Shown: positions 1-9,824, counted from the first letter of the stretch. The stretch: 64,000 bases of DNA from an uncultured Deinococcaceae bacterium (GCA_964252075.1 CAXULY010000012.1:1-64000); one strand, 5' to 3'. Numbers and translations: made by a program. Notes: a model not told the origin generated them from the sequence alone.

Positions 1-342
1 CGAGTGCTTCGACCACCGAGCCACCCTACTGCCCAGTCGTGAAACAACCTCTAAGGCTCGATTCCAATAATTCGTTCGCCATGATGTCGCGCTTTGGATT
101 TTGACCTGCGGGTCTGTCACGGACGCCGCGGAGGTCACCCCAGGCTTTGGCTGGCGTCCTGCTGGACTTCCAGCGTGTTCTGAGTGATGGCCGTACCACC
201 AAAGGCTCGTTCGCCTCGATGGCGGGAAGTGGAACAATTGACCACCTCCCCAAGGCGCCCACACTGCCTGGGCGCTGACAACGCTTGTCCTCCGAATGCT
301 TATTAATGGGGTCGCTCTAAAAATTGTGTTACCCTAATTTCG

Positions 343-990
343 ATGGCACGACCTCCTGGACTCCGGGCGCGCAAGAAGGCGCAGACGCGGCAACATATCG
401 CCGACGTCGCCGCCCACCTGTTCGCCACTCTCGGCTATGACGAGGTCTCCATCATTGAGGTCGCGCAGGCGGCGCAGGTGTCCGAGCAGACCGTCTACAA
501 CTACTTCCCCGCCAAACACGACCTCGTCCTTGACCGCGCCGAGGAATTCCGCCAGCGATACGTCCGCACGGTGCTTGACCGACCACCCGGAACAAGCCCC
601 GCCGCGGCCCTCCGCGCGGAGGCCATGGAGGACATCGAACGGTACCGCCACACCGACCTGAACCTCGCGCGCGGTGAGTTCTCGGCGCTGTGCGCCCGCC
701 ACCCCAACCTCCGCCGGTTCGCCCTCGAACTGCGCGACCAGCAGGCCGAGACGGTCACCGCCGCCCTCACCGAGACCTGCCCTGGCCTTCACCCCGTGGT
801 CGCACGCGCGCACGTGGCCGCACTCATCTCGGTGTTCCAGCTGATCGCTGACCGCATCGGCCACAGCGTCCTCGCCGGAGCAGCCCCTGACGCCGTGGCG
901 GACGACCTGACCGCCGCCGTGAACGTCGTCCTCGAAGACCTAGACAAGCACTTCCACACGCTCATCCGGCAGGCGGACCTTCGCCCCTGA
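343..990 (+). CDS. TetR/AcrR family transcriptional regulator
   Basis: N-terminal GLRARKKAQTR...LFATLGYDEVSIIEVAQAAQVSEQTVYNYFPAK TetR HTH. Confidence 0.92.
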   Translation: MARPPGLRARKKAQTRQHIADVAAHLFATLGYDEVSIIEVAQAAQVSEQTVYNYFPAKHDLVLDRAEEFRQRYVRTVLDRPPGTSPAAALRAEAMEDIERYRHTDLNLARGEFSALCARHPNLRRFALELRDQQAETVTAALTETCPGLHPVVARAHVAALISVFQLIADRIGHSVLAGAAPDAVADDLTAAVNVVLEDLDKHFHTLIRQADLRP

Positions 991-1162
991 GGGTGTGCCC
1001 CTCCTCCACCCTGCCTGCTGCTGAAAGAACCAGAGGCGGACTTCACCGCGGCCCGCGCCTTACACCTCCCAGGGAGGGCCGCGAGGGATGCTGCCCACAC
1101 CCACCACGACCGCTCGGAGCGGCCAGCCGAACCCACTGGCCGCACCCCCTGAAGGAGTCACC

Positions 1163-2278
1163 ATGCCCACCCCAGTCAGCATCATCGGCGCCGGTCTCGG
1201 CGGGCTCGTCCTGGCCCGCGTCCTGCACACGCGCGGCCTTCCCGTCACGGTGTACGAGGCCGAGGCGTCCCCCCACGTGCGCGCGCAGGGCGGGATGCTC
1301 GACATCCACGACCACAACGGCCAACCGGCCCTCGAAGCGGCGGGCCTGACGGACGCCTTCCGGAGCATCATTCTGGAGGGGCGTGAGGCGACCCGCGCCC
1401 TCAGCACGGACGGCGCTGTGCTGTTCGACCAGCCGGACGACGGCGCGGGCGGGCGGCCCGAAGTGCCGCGCGCTGAACTCAGGCGCATCCTGCTGGAGTC
1501 CCTGCCCGCCGACGCCGTCCGGTGGGGTCACAAGGTCAATCGCGTGCACGCGCTTGGTGACGGTCAGCACGAGGTGCACTTCACCGACGGCACCACCGTC
1601 ACCACGCGCCTCCTCGTCGGCGCGGACGGCGCGTGGTCCAGGGTGCGGCCGCTCCTGACCGACGCCACCCCGCAGTACGCGGGCACGTCGTTCGTGGAGA
1701 CGTACCTGTTCGACGCGGACCAGCGTCACCCGGCGACCGCGCGGGCCGTTGGTGCCGGGTCGATGTTCGCGCCCGGCCCCGACGGGAAGCAGATCAACGC
1801 CCACCGCGAGGCCGGCGGCAGCCTGCACGCCTACGTGGAACTGACGAAACCCCTGGACTGGTTCGCCCGCATTGACTTCACGGACCCCGGCACGGCGAAG
1901 GCCTGCGTCGCGCAGGAGTTCAGCGGCTGGGCGCCGGAACTCACGGCGTTGATCACCGACAGTGACACCGCCCCCGTTCACCGCCCGCATTACGCGCTGC
2001 CCATCGGGCTTCGCTGGGCCCGGGTGCCCGGGGTGACGCTGCTCGGGGACGCCGCGCACCTCGCGCCCCCGGATGGGGAAGGCGCGAACCTCGCCATGCA
2101 GGACGGCGCCGAGCTCGGCCTGGCGCTCGCCGCGCATCCCGAGGACGTCGAGGCCGCGCTTGCGGAGTACGAGCGCGCGCTGTTCCCGAGGAGCGCCGAG
2201 CACGCGGCTGCCGCCGCGTACAAGCCCACGCCGCAGGACATGATCCAGTTCTTCACGCGGGACCGGCAGACCGCCTGA
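1163..2278 (+). CDS. FAD-dependent monooxygenase (TetX-like family)
   Basis: GAGLGG Rossmann motif, QGGMLDIH, RPEV, VGADGAWSRVR, LLGDAAH...GEGANLAMQD; RBS GAAGGAG before ATG 1163. Confidence 0.88.
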   Translation: MPTPVSIIGAGLGGLVLARVLHTRGLPVTVYEAEASPHVRAQGGMLDIHDHNGQPALEAAGLTDAFRSIILEGREATRALSTDGAVLFDQPDDGAGGRPEVPRAELRRILLESLPADAVRWGHKVNRVHALGDGQHEVHFTDGTTVTTRLLVGADGAWSRVRPLLTDATPQYAGTSFVETYLFDADQRHPATARAVGAGSMFAPGPDGKQINAHREAGGSLHAYVELTKPLDWFARIDFTDPGTAKACVAQEFSGWAPELTALITDSDTAPVHRPHYALPIGLRWARVPGVTLLGDAAHLAPPDGEGANLAMQDGAELGLALAAHPEDVEAALAEYERALFPRSAEHAAAAAYKPTPQDMIQFFTRDRQTA

Positions 2279-2403
2279 CCGCACGCACGCAGGACTCGCT
2301 GTGCAGGTTCGGCGACCTGCACCGCGAGCCCTGCGCCCCGCCCTGTCGGACAGTTTTCCCTGACCTGGACGGATGTCCCTTGCCGGGCGCGAATGAGCAG
2401 GCG

Positions 2404-2436
2404 TACCATCCCATTACTAGACGAACGTTCAGCTAG
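2404..2436 (+). promoter_or_regulatory. putative -10 (TACCAT) and TetR operator-like imperfect palindrome
   Basis: CTAGACGAAC|GTTCAGCTAG at 2417-2436, just upstream of the tetR at 2449. Confidence 0.5.
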
Positions 2437-2448
2437 GGACAGGAGGGT

Positions 2449-3078
2449 ATGACACAGCCTGACGAGTCCATTCAAACGCGCGACGCCGAGCGCACCCGGG
2501 AGGGCATCCTCGACGCCGCCACCACGCTGTTCTCGCAGCACGGCTTCGAAGCCACCGCGCTCGCTCAGGTGGCGGAGGCCGCCGGGGTGGCGCGGGCCAC
2601 CCCCAGTTACTTCTTCGGCTCGAAGGCGGGCCTGTGGCAGGCGGTCCTGGACCGCCAGAACCGCGCGGTCCGCGAGGTCGCCCCGCGCGCCCTCGCGCGG
2701 CTCGGACCGCAGGCGGGCGCGCAGGACCTGATTGAAGCGCTGGTGGACGCGGTGTTCGAGCTGCTCGACGAGCACCCGGCATTCATCCGGCTGGTGGGCT
2801 GGTCGCAGCTGCAGGGCAACACCCTGATCAACGACCTGCCCAGCCAGTGGGACGCCATCGCCGCCGCGGTGGACGCCGTGCGGGGGGTGCTGTCGTACAG
2901 CGCGGCACCGCAGCGTGACGTCCGCCAGACCGTGATGAGCGTCATGGCGCTGTGCAGCGCCCACATCCTGCTCGGCAACACCCTCGGCACCCCACTGGGC
3001 CTGGACGTGAACGCCCCGGAGTTCCTCGCGGCGCGCCGGGCGCACCTCAAGCAATTCCTGCTGGCCGCCCTGAGCTGA
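2449..3078 (+). CDS. TetR/AcrR family transcriptional regulator
   Basis: RDAERTREGILDAATTLFSQHGFEAT...VAEAAGV...YFFGSK; RBS AGGAGG. Confidence 0.92.
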   Translation: MTQPDESIQTRDAERTREGILDAATTLFSQHGFEATALAQVAEAAGVARATPSYFFGSKAGLWQAVLDRQNRAVREVAPRALARLGPQAGAQDLIEALVDAVFELLDEHPAFIRLVGWSQLQGNTLINDLPSQWDAIAAAVDAVRGVLSYSAAPQRDVRQTVMSVMALCSAHILLGNTLGTPLGLDVNAPEFLAARRAHLKQFLLAALS

Positions 3079-3089
3079 AGGAGGACCAC

Positions 3090-4409
3090 ATGCAACGCAC
3101 TCAACTGCCGGTGCTGGTCGTGGGTGGGGGCCTCGCGGGCCTCACCGCCGCCTGCTTCCTGGCGCGCGCGGGTCACGCCGTCATGCTGTTCGAGCGATCC
3201 GCCGAGCCGGGCGGACGGGCGCGCAGCACGGTGCACGCGGGATTCACCTTCAACCTGGGGCCGCACGCGCTGTACACGGGCGGCGCGGCCAGTGCCGCCC
3301 TGACTGAACTGAACGTCACGTACGGCGCCCAGCACGGCCCGAGCGGCGTGGAGGTGCTGCGCGGCGGGCGCTTCGACCCACTGCCCGGCACGCCGGGCGC
3401 GCTGCTGGCCAGCCGCCTGCTGGGCCCCGCCGACAAGCTGGCGCTCGCGCGGCTCTTCATGACGCTGCCGCGCCTGCGCGCCACGGACTTCGCGGCGGTC
3501 AGCGCCCAGGACTGGATTGAGCGGCGTTCCAAGCGCCCGGCGGTGCGGCGCTTCCTGGTGGCGAGCGCCCGCACCGCGCTGTACAGCGCCGCGCTGCACC
3601 TGGTGAGCGCGGACGTGCTGATCGACAAACTGCAGCGCACCCTCACGCACCCCATCCACTACCTGGATGGAGGCTGGCAGACGCTGGTGAATGCTCTCCA
3701 GGAGCGCGCCGGGGTGCTGGGCGTGCAGCTCGTGATGGGCCAGCGGGTGGATGGCGTGGTGCTGGAGGACTCGGCGGCGCGGGGCGTGCGGGTGGGTGGC
3801 CAGCTGGTGCCCGCAACGGCCGTGCTGCTGGCGGTGCCGCCGAGGGTCGCCCGCACGCTGATCGGGGCGTCCGGCGCGCCCTTCGGACCGGACCTGCTGC
3901 CCGCGCGCGTGGCGAGCTTGGACGTGGCCCTGAGCGGCCCGCCCGACTCGCCGCACCGGGTGGTGCAGGACCTGGACGCGCCGCGCTTCCTGTCCACGCA
4001 GTCGAGCTTCGCGCGGGTCGCGCCGGACGGCGGGACCTTCGTCACGACCTTCAAGCAGCTCGACCCCACCCTGCCGGGCGACCCGCGCGCCGATGAGCGC
4101 GCCCTGGAGGACCTGCTGGACCGCGCGCATCCCGGCTGGCGGGCGCGGGTGGTTCACCGCCAGTTCCTGCCGAACATCGAGGCGGTCGGCGCCCTGCCGC
4201 TCGCGCGCTCGGGCGGGCTGGCCGGACGGCCGGACGTGGAGGTGCCCGGCCTGCGCGGCCTGGCCCTGGCGGGCGACTGGGTGGGCCACGAGGGCTTCCT
4301 GGCGGACGCCAGCTTCGCCAGCGCCCGCCGCGCCGCGGAGCGCCTCACGCAACTCGCGCCGCCCCCACCTTCCGGCGCGGTGGGCCCGTCCGTGGCGGCG
4401 CGGCCATGA
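3090..4409 (+). CDS. FAD-dependent oxidoreductase (phytoene dehydrogenase/amine oxidase-like)
   Basis: VVGGGLAGL, GGRARS, FNLGPHALY, LAGDWVG; RBS AAGGAGG before ATG 3090. Confidence 0.85.
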   Translation: MQRTQLPVLVVGGGLAGLTAACFLARAGHAVMLFERSAEPGGRARSTVHAGFTFNLGPHALYTGGAASAALTELNVTYGAQHGPSGVEVLRGGRFDPLPGTPGALLASRLLGPADKLALARLFMTLPRLRATDFAAVSAQDWIERRSKRPAVRRFLVASARTALYSAALHLVSADVLIDKLQRTLTHPIHYLDGGWQTLVNALQERAGVLGVQLVMGQRVDGVVLEDSAARGVRVGGQLVPATAVLLAVPPRVARTLIGASGAPFGPDLLPARVASLDVALSGPPDSPHRVVQDLDAPRFLSTQSSFARVAPDGGTFVTTFKQLDPTLPGDPRADERALEDLLDRAHPGWRARVVHRQFLPNIEAVGALPLARSGGLAGRPDVEVPGLRGLALAGDWVGHEGFLADASFASARRAAERLTQLAPPPPSGAVGPSVAARP

Positions 4410-4930
4410 GCGGAGCCCATGCGGGTGCCGCGCCCGACCCCGGGCGGTCCGCGCGGATCAGCGGCGGCCTGCTGCTCGCCACGGGCGCCCTCCACACCCT
4501 GATCGGCGTGGCGGCCGGTGCGGAGCTGTTCCGGGCGATGCTCGCCGAGGGCGTCCTGCGGACGGTGACCGGCAGTGAGCGGGAGGCCGCCTTCTGGTTC
4601 ACGGTCACCGGCGTGAGCCTGCTGCTGACGGGCGGCCTGGCGGTCGGTTACGGGCGTTCCCTCCCGGCGGGCTTCGGATGGGGCCTGCTGGGCCTCAGCG
4701 TCACGGGCGCGCTGTTCCTGGGCGGTTCGGGCTTCGTGCTGGTCCTGCCCCAGGCCCTGTACATCCTGCTGTCCGCGCGCTCCAACCGGCGGGTCACGTC
4801 CGGTGAGCGGGGTGAGCGGGCGGCCACCCCCTCGGCGTACAGCCACCCCGGTCGGCGGTCCCCCACGATTCTCCGTTCCTCCACACGGCTGGAGCTGAAT
4901 GTCCATTCGAGCATCAGGAAGGCGGTAAGC
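4406..4930 (+). CDS. small membrane protein (DUF6463-like), open in frame into the downstream epimerase
   Basis: ATGA overlap with the upstream stop; hydrophobic helices GALHTLIG, AFWFTVTG, GGSGFVLVLPQA; no stop before 4931. Confidence 0.5.
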
Positions 4931-5863
4931 ATGCGCATCTTCGTAGCAGGCGGAACGGGACTCCTGGGACGGCGGCTGGTGCCGCAACTCGTGGCGCGCG
5001 GGCACCACGTGACGGCCACCACGACCAGCGCGGGCAGACTGAGTCGCCTTCAGCAGCTGGGCGCGCAGGCGGTCGTGATGGACGGCCTGAACGCCGCGTC
5101 CGTGCGTGACGCCATCGCGGACGCCCAGCCGGACGTGATCGTGCACCAGATGACCGGGATCTCCATGACGCACGGCGGCAAAGCGGACGTGAAGCACATG
5201 GACCGCTGGTTCGCCACCACCAACCGGCTGCGCACCGAGGGCACCGATCACCTGCTGGCCGCCGCGCGCGCGGCGTGCGGCGCGCACGTCATCGCGCAGA
5301 GTTACGCCAGCTGGAACGGCCTTCGCGCGGGCGGCTGGGTGAAGACCGAGGAGGCCCCCCTGGACAGCATGGAGGGCACCGCGGCGCAGCCGGTCATGGC
5401 GGCCGTCCGTCACCTGGAGGACGCGGTGCTCAGCGCGGGCGGCGCGGCGCTGCGGTACGGCGCGTTCTACGGGCCGGGCGCCACGGACGACCAGGTGACG
5501 CTCATCCGCAAGCGGCAGTTCCCGCTCGTCGGGGCGGGCGGCGGGCACAGTTCCTGGGTGCACCTTGACGACGCCGCGATCGCCACCGTGCTGGCCGTGG
5601 AGGGACGCGTGACGGGCGTGTTCAACATCGTGGATGACGAGCCAGCTCCCGCGCGCGACTGGCTGCCGTACCTCGCGGCGTGCGCGGGCGCGAAGCCACC
5701 CATGCGGGTGCCCGCGTGGCTCGCACGCCTGCTCGCCGGGGATGTGGCCGTCGCGATGATGACCGAGGGGCGCGGCTTCTCCAACGCGAAAGCCAAACGG
5801 GAGCTCGGCTGGCACCTCCGCTACCCCTCGTGGCGCCAGGGCTTCCAGGAAGGGCTGGCGTGA
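4931..5863 (+). CDS. NAD-dependent epimerase/dehydratase (atypical SDR)
   Basis: MRIFVAGGTGLLG, TNRLRTEGT, LRYGAFYGPG, VHLDDAA, FNIVDDEP; own RBS-like AGGAAGG. Confidence 0.85.
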   Translation: MRIFVAGGTGLLGRRLVPQLVARGHHVTATTTSAGRLSRLQQLGAQAVVMDGLNAASVRDAIADAQPDVIVHQMTGISMTHGGKADVKHMDRWFATTNRLRTEGTDHLLAAARAACGAHVIAQSYASWNGLRAGGWVKTEEAPLDSMEGTAAQPVMAAVRHLEDAVLSAGGAALRYGAFYGPGATDDQVTLIRKRQFPLVGAGGGHSSWVHLDDAAIATVLAVEGRVTGVFNIVDDEPAPARDWLPYLAACAGAKPPMRVPAWLARLLAGDVAVAMMTEGRGFSNAKAKRELGWHLRYPSWRQGFQEGLA

Positions 5864-5917
5864 CCCGCACGTTCGGTGCGGCACGTGCCCCGATCACGCG
5901 CAGTGGGCGGCACAGCG

Positions 5918-6333
5918 ATGAGCGAGACGCACTGCACTTCCCACTTCGACAGTGACCTCGCGCCCTGGTGGCCTCTCATTGCGCCCCTGAGCGATAACTG
6001 CGAGGACGCGGCGTCCGTCGCCTTGCTCCCGCAGACGCACCACCCCCCAAGCCGCGAGGTGCTGGACCTGGGGAGCGGCGGGGGCCCAACGCCTTTCACT
6101 ACACACCGCACTACTCACGCTGAGTGACCGGTCCGCAGATCTGCGGACGCTGCACCTGGAGCGACTGTTCGACGCGGTCTTCGTCTTCATTCGTGACGCG
6201 GTGGACTGCAGGAACACCCGCGCGGACCACCGCGTACCAGCACGGCCGCTCAGTTGGCCTCGCGGTGTTCATGCCGGACGACACCTCGCTGCACGAGCGC
6301 GATGGCAAGGACGGGCGGTTGTGCGTTTCATGA
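5918..6333 (+). pseudogene. degraded class I SAM-dependent methyltransferase
   Basis: LAPWWPLIAP...VLDLGSGGG (motif I), then fragments in other frames (DLRTLHLERLFDAVFV; GLAVFMPD) with stops and frameshifts. Confidence 0.65.
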
Positions 6334-6558
6334 CCTGAATCTCTAATCAAGCCCACACGGCGCATTGAGCGCGTTGAGGCTCGATCCCTGACTCCTGACA
6401 TGCGCACGTCGCCCCGCCTGCCCGCACCGCGTGGCGCGCTTTGACCGACTTTTGACCCGCGTGACCTCAAGGTGAGGGCGTGCTCCACGTCACGCACCGC
6501 TGCGAGCGCCCTGCTGCGGCTCGCGGGTTGGCGCGCCAGGGGCATGGGAGGACTCCTC

Positions 6559-7434
6559 ATGCAAAGACATCACCCTGTGTTCGCGCTGCTCCTCACCTCG
6601 GCCCTGCTGGGCACCTCGGGCGCGGGCGCCCAGACCTTCGAGGACCTCCAGAACCACGTGGGGGCCTGGCTGCAGCAGGTCGATCAGGTGTACCGCTTCA
6701 ACACTGACGCCTTGATGCAGATCTGGCAGGCCTACTGCGAGGACCTCGATTCGGAAATCAACGACCGCTCGCCCATCGAGGCGGCCACCAAAGTGGGGCA
6801 GGACCTGCAGCAGCGGCAGGCGCAGAATCTGACTGCGGAATTCAAGGAACTCGCGGACCTCCGCACCTTCGCCGCACAGGTGCAGGCAGCCGAACCGAAC
6901 TTCGCCCAGAATGTGGACGAGCTGCTGGCCGACATGAGCAAGTCGGAGGAGAACCTCAAGAAGCTGCAGAACGGCGTGGTGCTGCAAGGCAGCAACCACC
7001 CCTTCGTGCAGCTCGCCATCAAGTACGGCGTGGAGCAGCACGAGCGGCTGTGCGAGGACAGCAGTTACACGGGGAAGGTGAATGTCTGTGATAGGCCCTT
7101 CGACACCCTCTCGGACCGCCGCCCCGACCTCGTGACGGTCAAGGACGATGGCCTGTGGGTGTACGAGTTCAAGCCGGAGGGGCGCGCGGAGCAGGCGGGC
7201 TGGAAGCAACTGAGCGATTACGTGCCGGGGGTGCTGAAGTACTACCAGCAGTTCTTCCCGAACGGCCGGACCGGGGCGACGGACGGCAAGCCGGACGACG
7301 ACCTGGGCGGGCAGGCGATGCTGGACGCGCTGGTGGCGACGGACAACGCCTGGGAGAGTGACGGCACGAAGCTCAAGGTGCCGCAGAGTCAGGTCGTGAC
7401 GTACCACCGCTGCGAGCGGCCACCTGAGCAGTAA
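6559..7434 (+). CDS. secreted protein with C-terminal PD-(D/E)xK (REase-fold) nuclease-like domain
   Basis: RBS GGAGG; Sec signal MQRHHPVFALLLTSALLGTSGAGA|Q; motifs GxxxH, RPD, EFKP, GxKQLxxY. Confidence 0.7.
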   Translation: MQRHHPVFALLLTSALLGTSGAGAQTFEDLQNHVGAWLQQVDQVYRFNTDALMQIWQAYCEDLDSEINDRSPIEAATKVGQDLQQRQAQNLTAEFKELADLRTFAAQVQAAEPNFAQNVDELLADMSKSEENLKKLQNGVVLQGSNHPFVQLAIKYGVEQHERLCEDSSYTGKVNVCDRPFDTLSDRRPDLVTVKDDGLWVYEFKPEGRAEQAGWKQLSDYVPGVLKYYQQFFPNGRTGATDGKPDDDLGGQAMLDALVATDNAWESDGTKLKVPQSQVVTYHRCERPPEQ

Positions 7435-7627
7435 CGGTCCTTCCACGGCCCAGTCCGGAGCCGCACCACCGACACGTTCCACTGCTGTTGACGTGATGGC
7501 TTGACGGTGGGGCACCGCGGCGTCTGGGCTGGTCAGAGGGCCTGCCATTCTCTTTTGGGCGCCCCGCTTTATGAACGCTTACCTATGCGAGAACAACGAA
7601 GCGTCTTCCCGTGCGCCTTCAGGACGT

Positions 7628-8509
7628 TCAGTGACCAGCGGTGGTCTGGGGCGCGCCGATCCTGCCCTGCAGCACCTCCCGCATGCCCATGGGGGGGCGG
7701 CCCAGCAGGCCCGCGAGCGTCGGGTCGACTGCCGCGAACTCACCCTGGCGGCTGGCGGCGAAGAGCCCCAGCAGCATGTCCGCCGCAGCGGCGGGCACGC
7801 CGTGCGCCACCATGTTCACGCGGTACTCCTCGTCCGTCACGGTGACGCGCTGGATGGTGCGGCCACTGAGGTCCGACGCGATCCCGGCGAGGTCCGCGAG
7901 GGTGAGGGCGGCCGGTCCGGTGAGGGGGGGCGTGATGCCGTCCAGGTGGCCTTCGTCCGCGAGGAGGGCGGCGGTCGCGTCGGCGAGATCGGCGTGGGTG
8001 GTCCACGAGACGGGGCCGTCCTCGGGCGCGACGAGCGCGCCCGTTTCCAGCGCCTGACCCATGAGCATGAGGGCGCTGTCGGCGTAGAAGCCGTTGCGCA
8101 GTGAGGTGAACGCCACCCCAGACGACTGCAGCAGGGCTTCCGTCGCGGCGTGATCCGGCATGGGCGCGAACGGGGACGCCGGGTTGGCACCCATGTGGCT
8201 GGTGTAGAGGATGCGCCGCGCGCCGACGTCGCGGGCCGCCTGGATGGCCGTGCGGTGCTGGCGCAGCAGGGGCTTTCCCGTGCTGTTGGAGGACACAATG
8301 AGGACCTGGGTGGCGTCCTCGAAGGCGTGGTGGAGGCTGGTGGGGTCGTCGAAGTTGCCTGGGCGGACGCGCACGCCGCGCGCGCTGAAGGCTTCGGCTT
8401 TCGCGGGGTCGCGCACGCTCAGCCCGATCTGGTCGGCGGGGAGTCGTTCGAGCAGGCGCTCGACAATGCTGCGGCCCAGCTGGCCGGTGGCTCCTGTGAC
8501 GATGATCAT
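7628..8509 (-). CDS. NmrA-like/atypical SDR NAD(P)H-binding oxidoreductase
   Basis: MIIVTGATGQLG, ILYTSHMG, LRNGFY; RBS AAGGAGG. Confidence 0.9.
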   Translation of the reverse strand: MIIVTGATGQLGRSIVERLLERLPADQIGLSVRDPAKAEAFSARGVRVRPGNFDDPTSLHHAFEDATQVLIVSSNSTGKPLLRQHRTAIQAARDVGARRILYTSHMGANPASPFAPMPDHAATEALLQSSGVAFTSLRNGFYADSALMLMGQALETGALVAPEDGPVSWTTHADLADATAALLADEGHLDGITPPLTGPAALTLADLAGIASDLSGRTIQRVTVTDEEYRVNMVAHGVPAAAADMLLGLFAASRQGEFAAVDPTLAGLLGRPPMGMREVLQGRIGAPQTTAGH

Positions 8510-8572
8510 GGGTCCTCCTTGCTGTCCGGCGTGGGTCACTCTGTACCGTTTTCACCGTTAGCAAAATTACGC

Positions 8573-8583
8573 TATCACTGATA
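8573..8583. promoter_or_regulatory. TetR-type operator-like palindrome
   Basis: TATCA-C-TGATA perfect inverted repeat in the AT-rich promoter region of the NmrA-like gene. Confidence 0.45.
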
Positions 8584-9566
8584 ATTGCGCGTTACAAGTG
8601 CTGCACCCTTGTTGCGAGCGCGACTCCACACGCGCAGGTCCCTACCCTTATCCAAGCCCAGAACAAAGACCGGCACGGTGGGCCTGTAAACCCACGGCGT
8701 GATCCTCGTTACCAAGCCACCTGTGCGGCGCGGCGAGTTCGGAGTAAGACAGCAGGCAGTCCCGCCGGGCGTTCAGCCCCCAGACCCATGCCAACAGATC
8801 TTCGCCCACTGGCAGCGGCGCAGCGCGCCGCTGCAACACTGCACCAGAGGCACGAGACCAGGCACAGGGAGATTCTTCCGTCTGCAGGCGCAAGTCCCAG
8901 CTGTGAACATCTGCATGGGTCTGCTCGCATATTGACTGGTTCGCCCGAAACACGCCCAGTTGCAAGTGAGCAGCAAAGTTCCGATCAGGTGGACCGGCCG
9001 ACGACGCAGCGTGCGCCGAGCACTGCCCGGCCCCTCATATTGCAGAACAGGCTGGCATGGCGTACGTGCACCAAGTGAGCGACTCCCATGAGTGCCAAGG
9101 GTTTCTGACCAGTAGGTCTGGGCAGGCGTGGTGGTTCCATCCTGGGAAGACACGCCCCTGAACGTGTGAGGTTACGCTCGGGCCATGAACGTCCTTTGCA
9201 GGACCGCGTACGTCGTGAGGCGTACCACCGCCGCAGCGTGATGCCGTTCAACACGTCACCAACGGCGAGGCGTCCGTTCGTGGCGCCGCGTCCAACTGGT
9301 GGCTCGCGGCCAGTGGGTCTGCCGCATAAGGATGAGGTACGTGACCCGTGCACTGCCGATGGATGGGCTTCCTGCTACGCCCGTAAGGTCGGGCGGCCGT
9401 AAGTCAACGTGAGTGGCCCCCGTTCGGAAGCTCGACCGGCGGTGCATGATGGAGGGGAAGCCCTCGCTCCCCCAGCCCCCTTCTGAACAGTCTGGGAGCG
9501 ACGGAGCCCGGCCACCCTGCACCGCGAGAACGCGGACGCTTCCACTCAGCTCAGAAGGTGACGATC

Positions 9567-9824
9567 ATGGATCACGTTTCGGATCCGCCGCGTTCATCCC
9601 TGAAGGCCCTGGACTGGCAGGTGCTGCGCGCCTTCCCGGATGACCCCGTGAACCGCATGTCATTCCTGATGGCCCTGCCGCTCACCATGAGCCGCAATTC
9701 AGCCATTGGCGCGATGCAGCGCCTGATGAGTGCAGGGCTGCTGCGCCGCCTGGCGCGCGGTCAGTACCAGCTGACGGACGCTGGCCGGACGCGCCGTGGG
9801 AGCATGGATGAAGTGCGCAGATAA
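9567..9824 (+). CDS. small winged-helix-like hypothetical protein
   Basis: ...AMQRLMSAGLLRRLARGQYQLTDAGR resembles a wHTH recognition helix plus wing; AAGGTG upstream. Confidence 0.5.
   Translation: MDHVSDPPRSSLKALDWQVLRAFPDDPVNRMSFLMALPLTMSRNSAIGAMQRLMSAGLLRRLARGQYQLTDAGRTRRGSMDEVRR

Noticed and set aside
1..340. ORF 26-262 (-) and upstream sequence
   Set aside because: No recognisable motif or RBS; context is cut off by the window edge.
8600..9550. Several 70-126 aa ORFs and a 10-bp hairpin at 8812-8834
   Set aside because: No codon bias or motifs; no transposase, terminal repeats or known RNA family recognisable.
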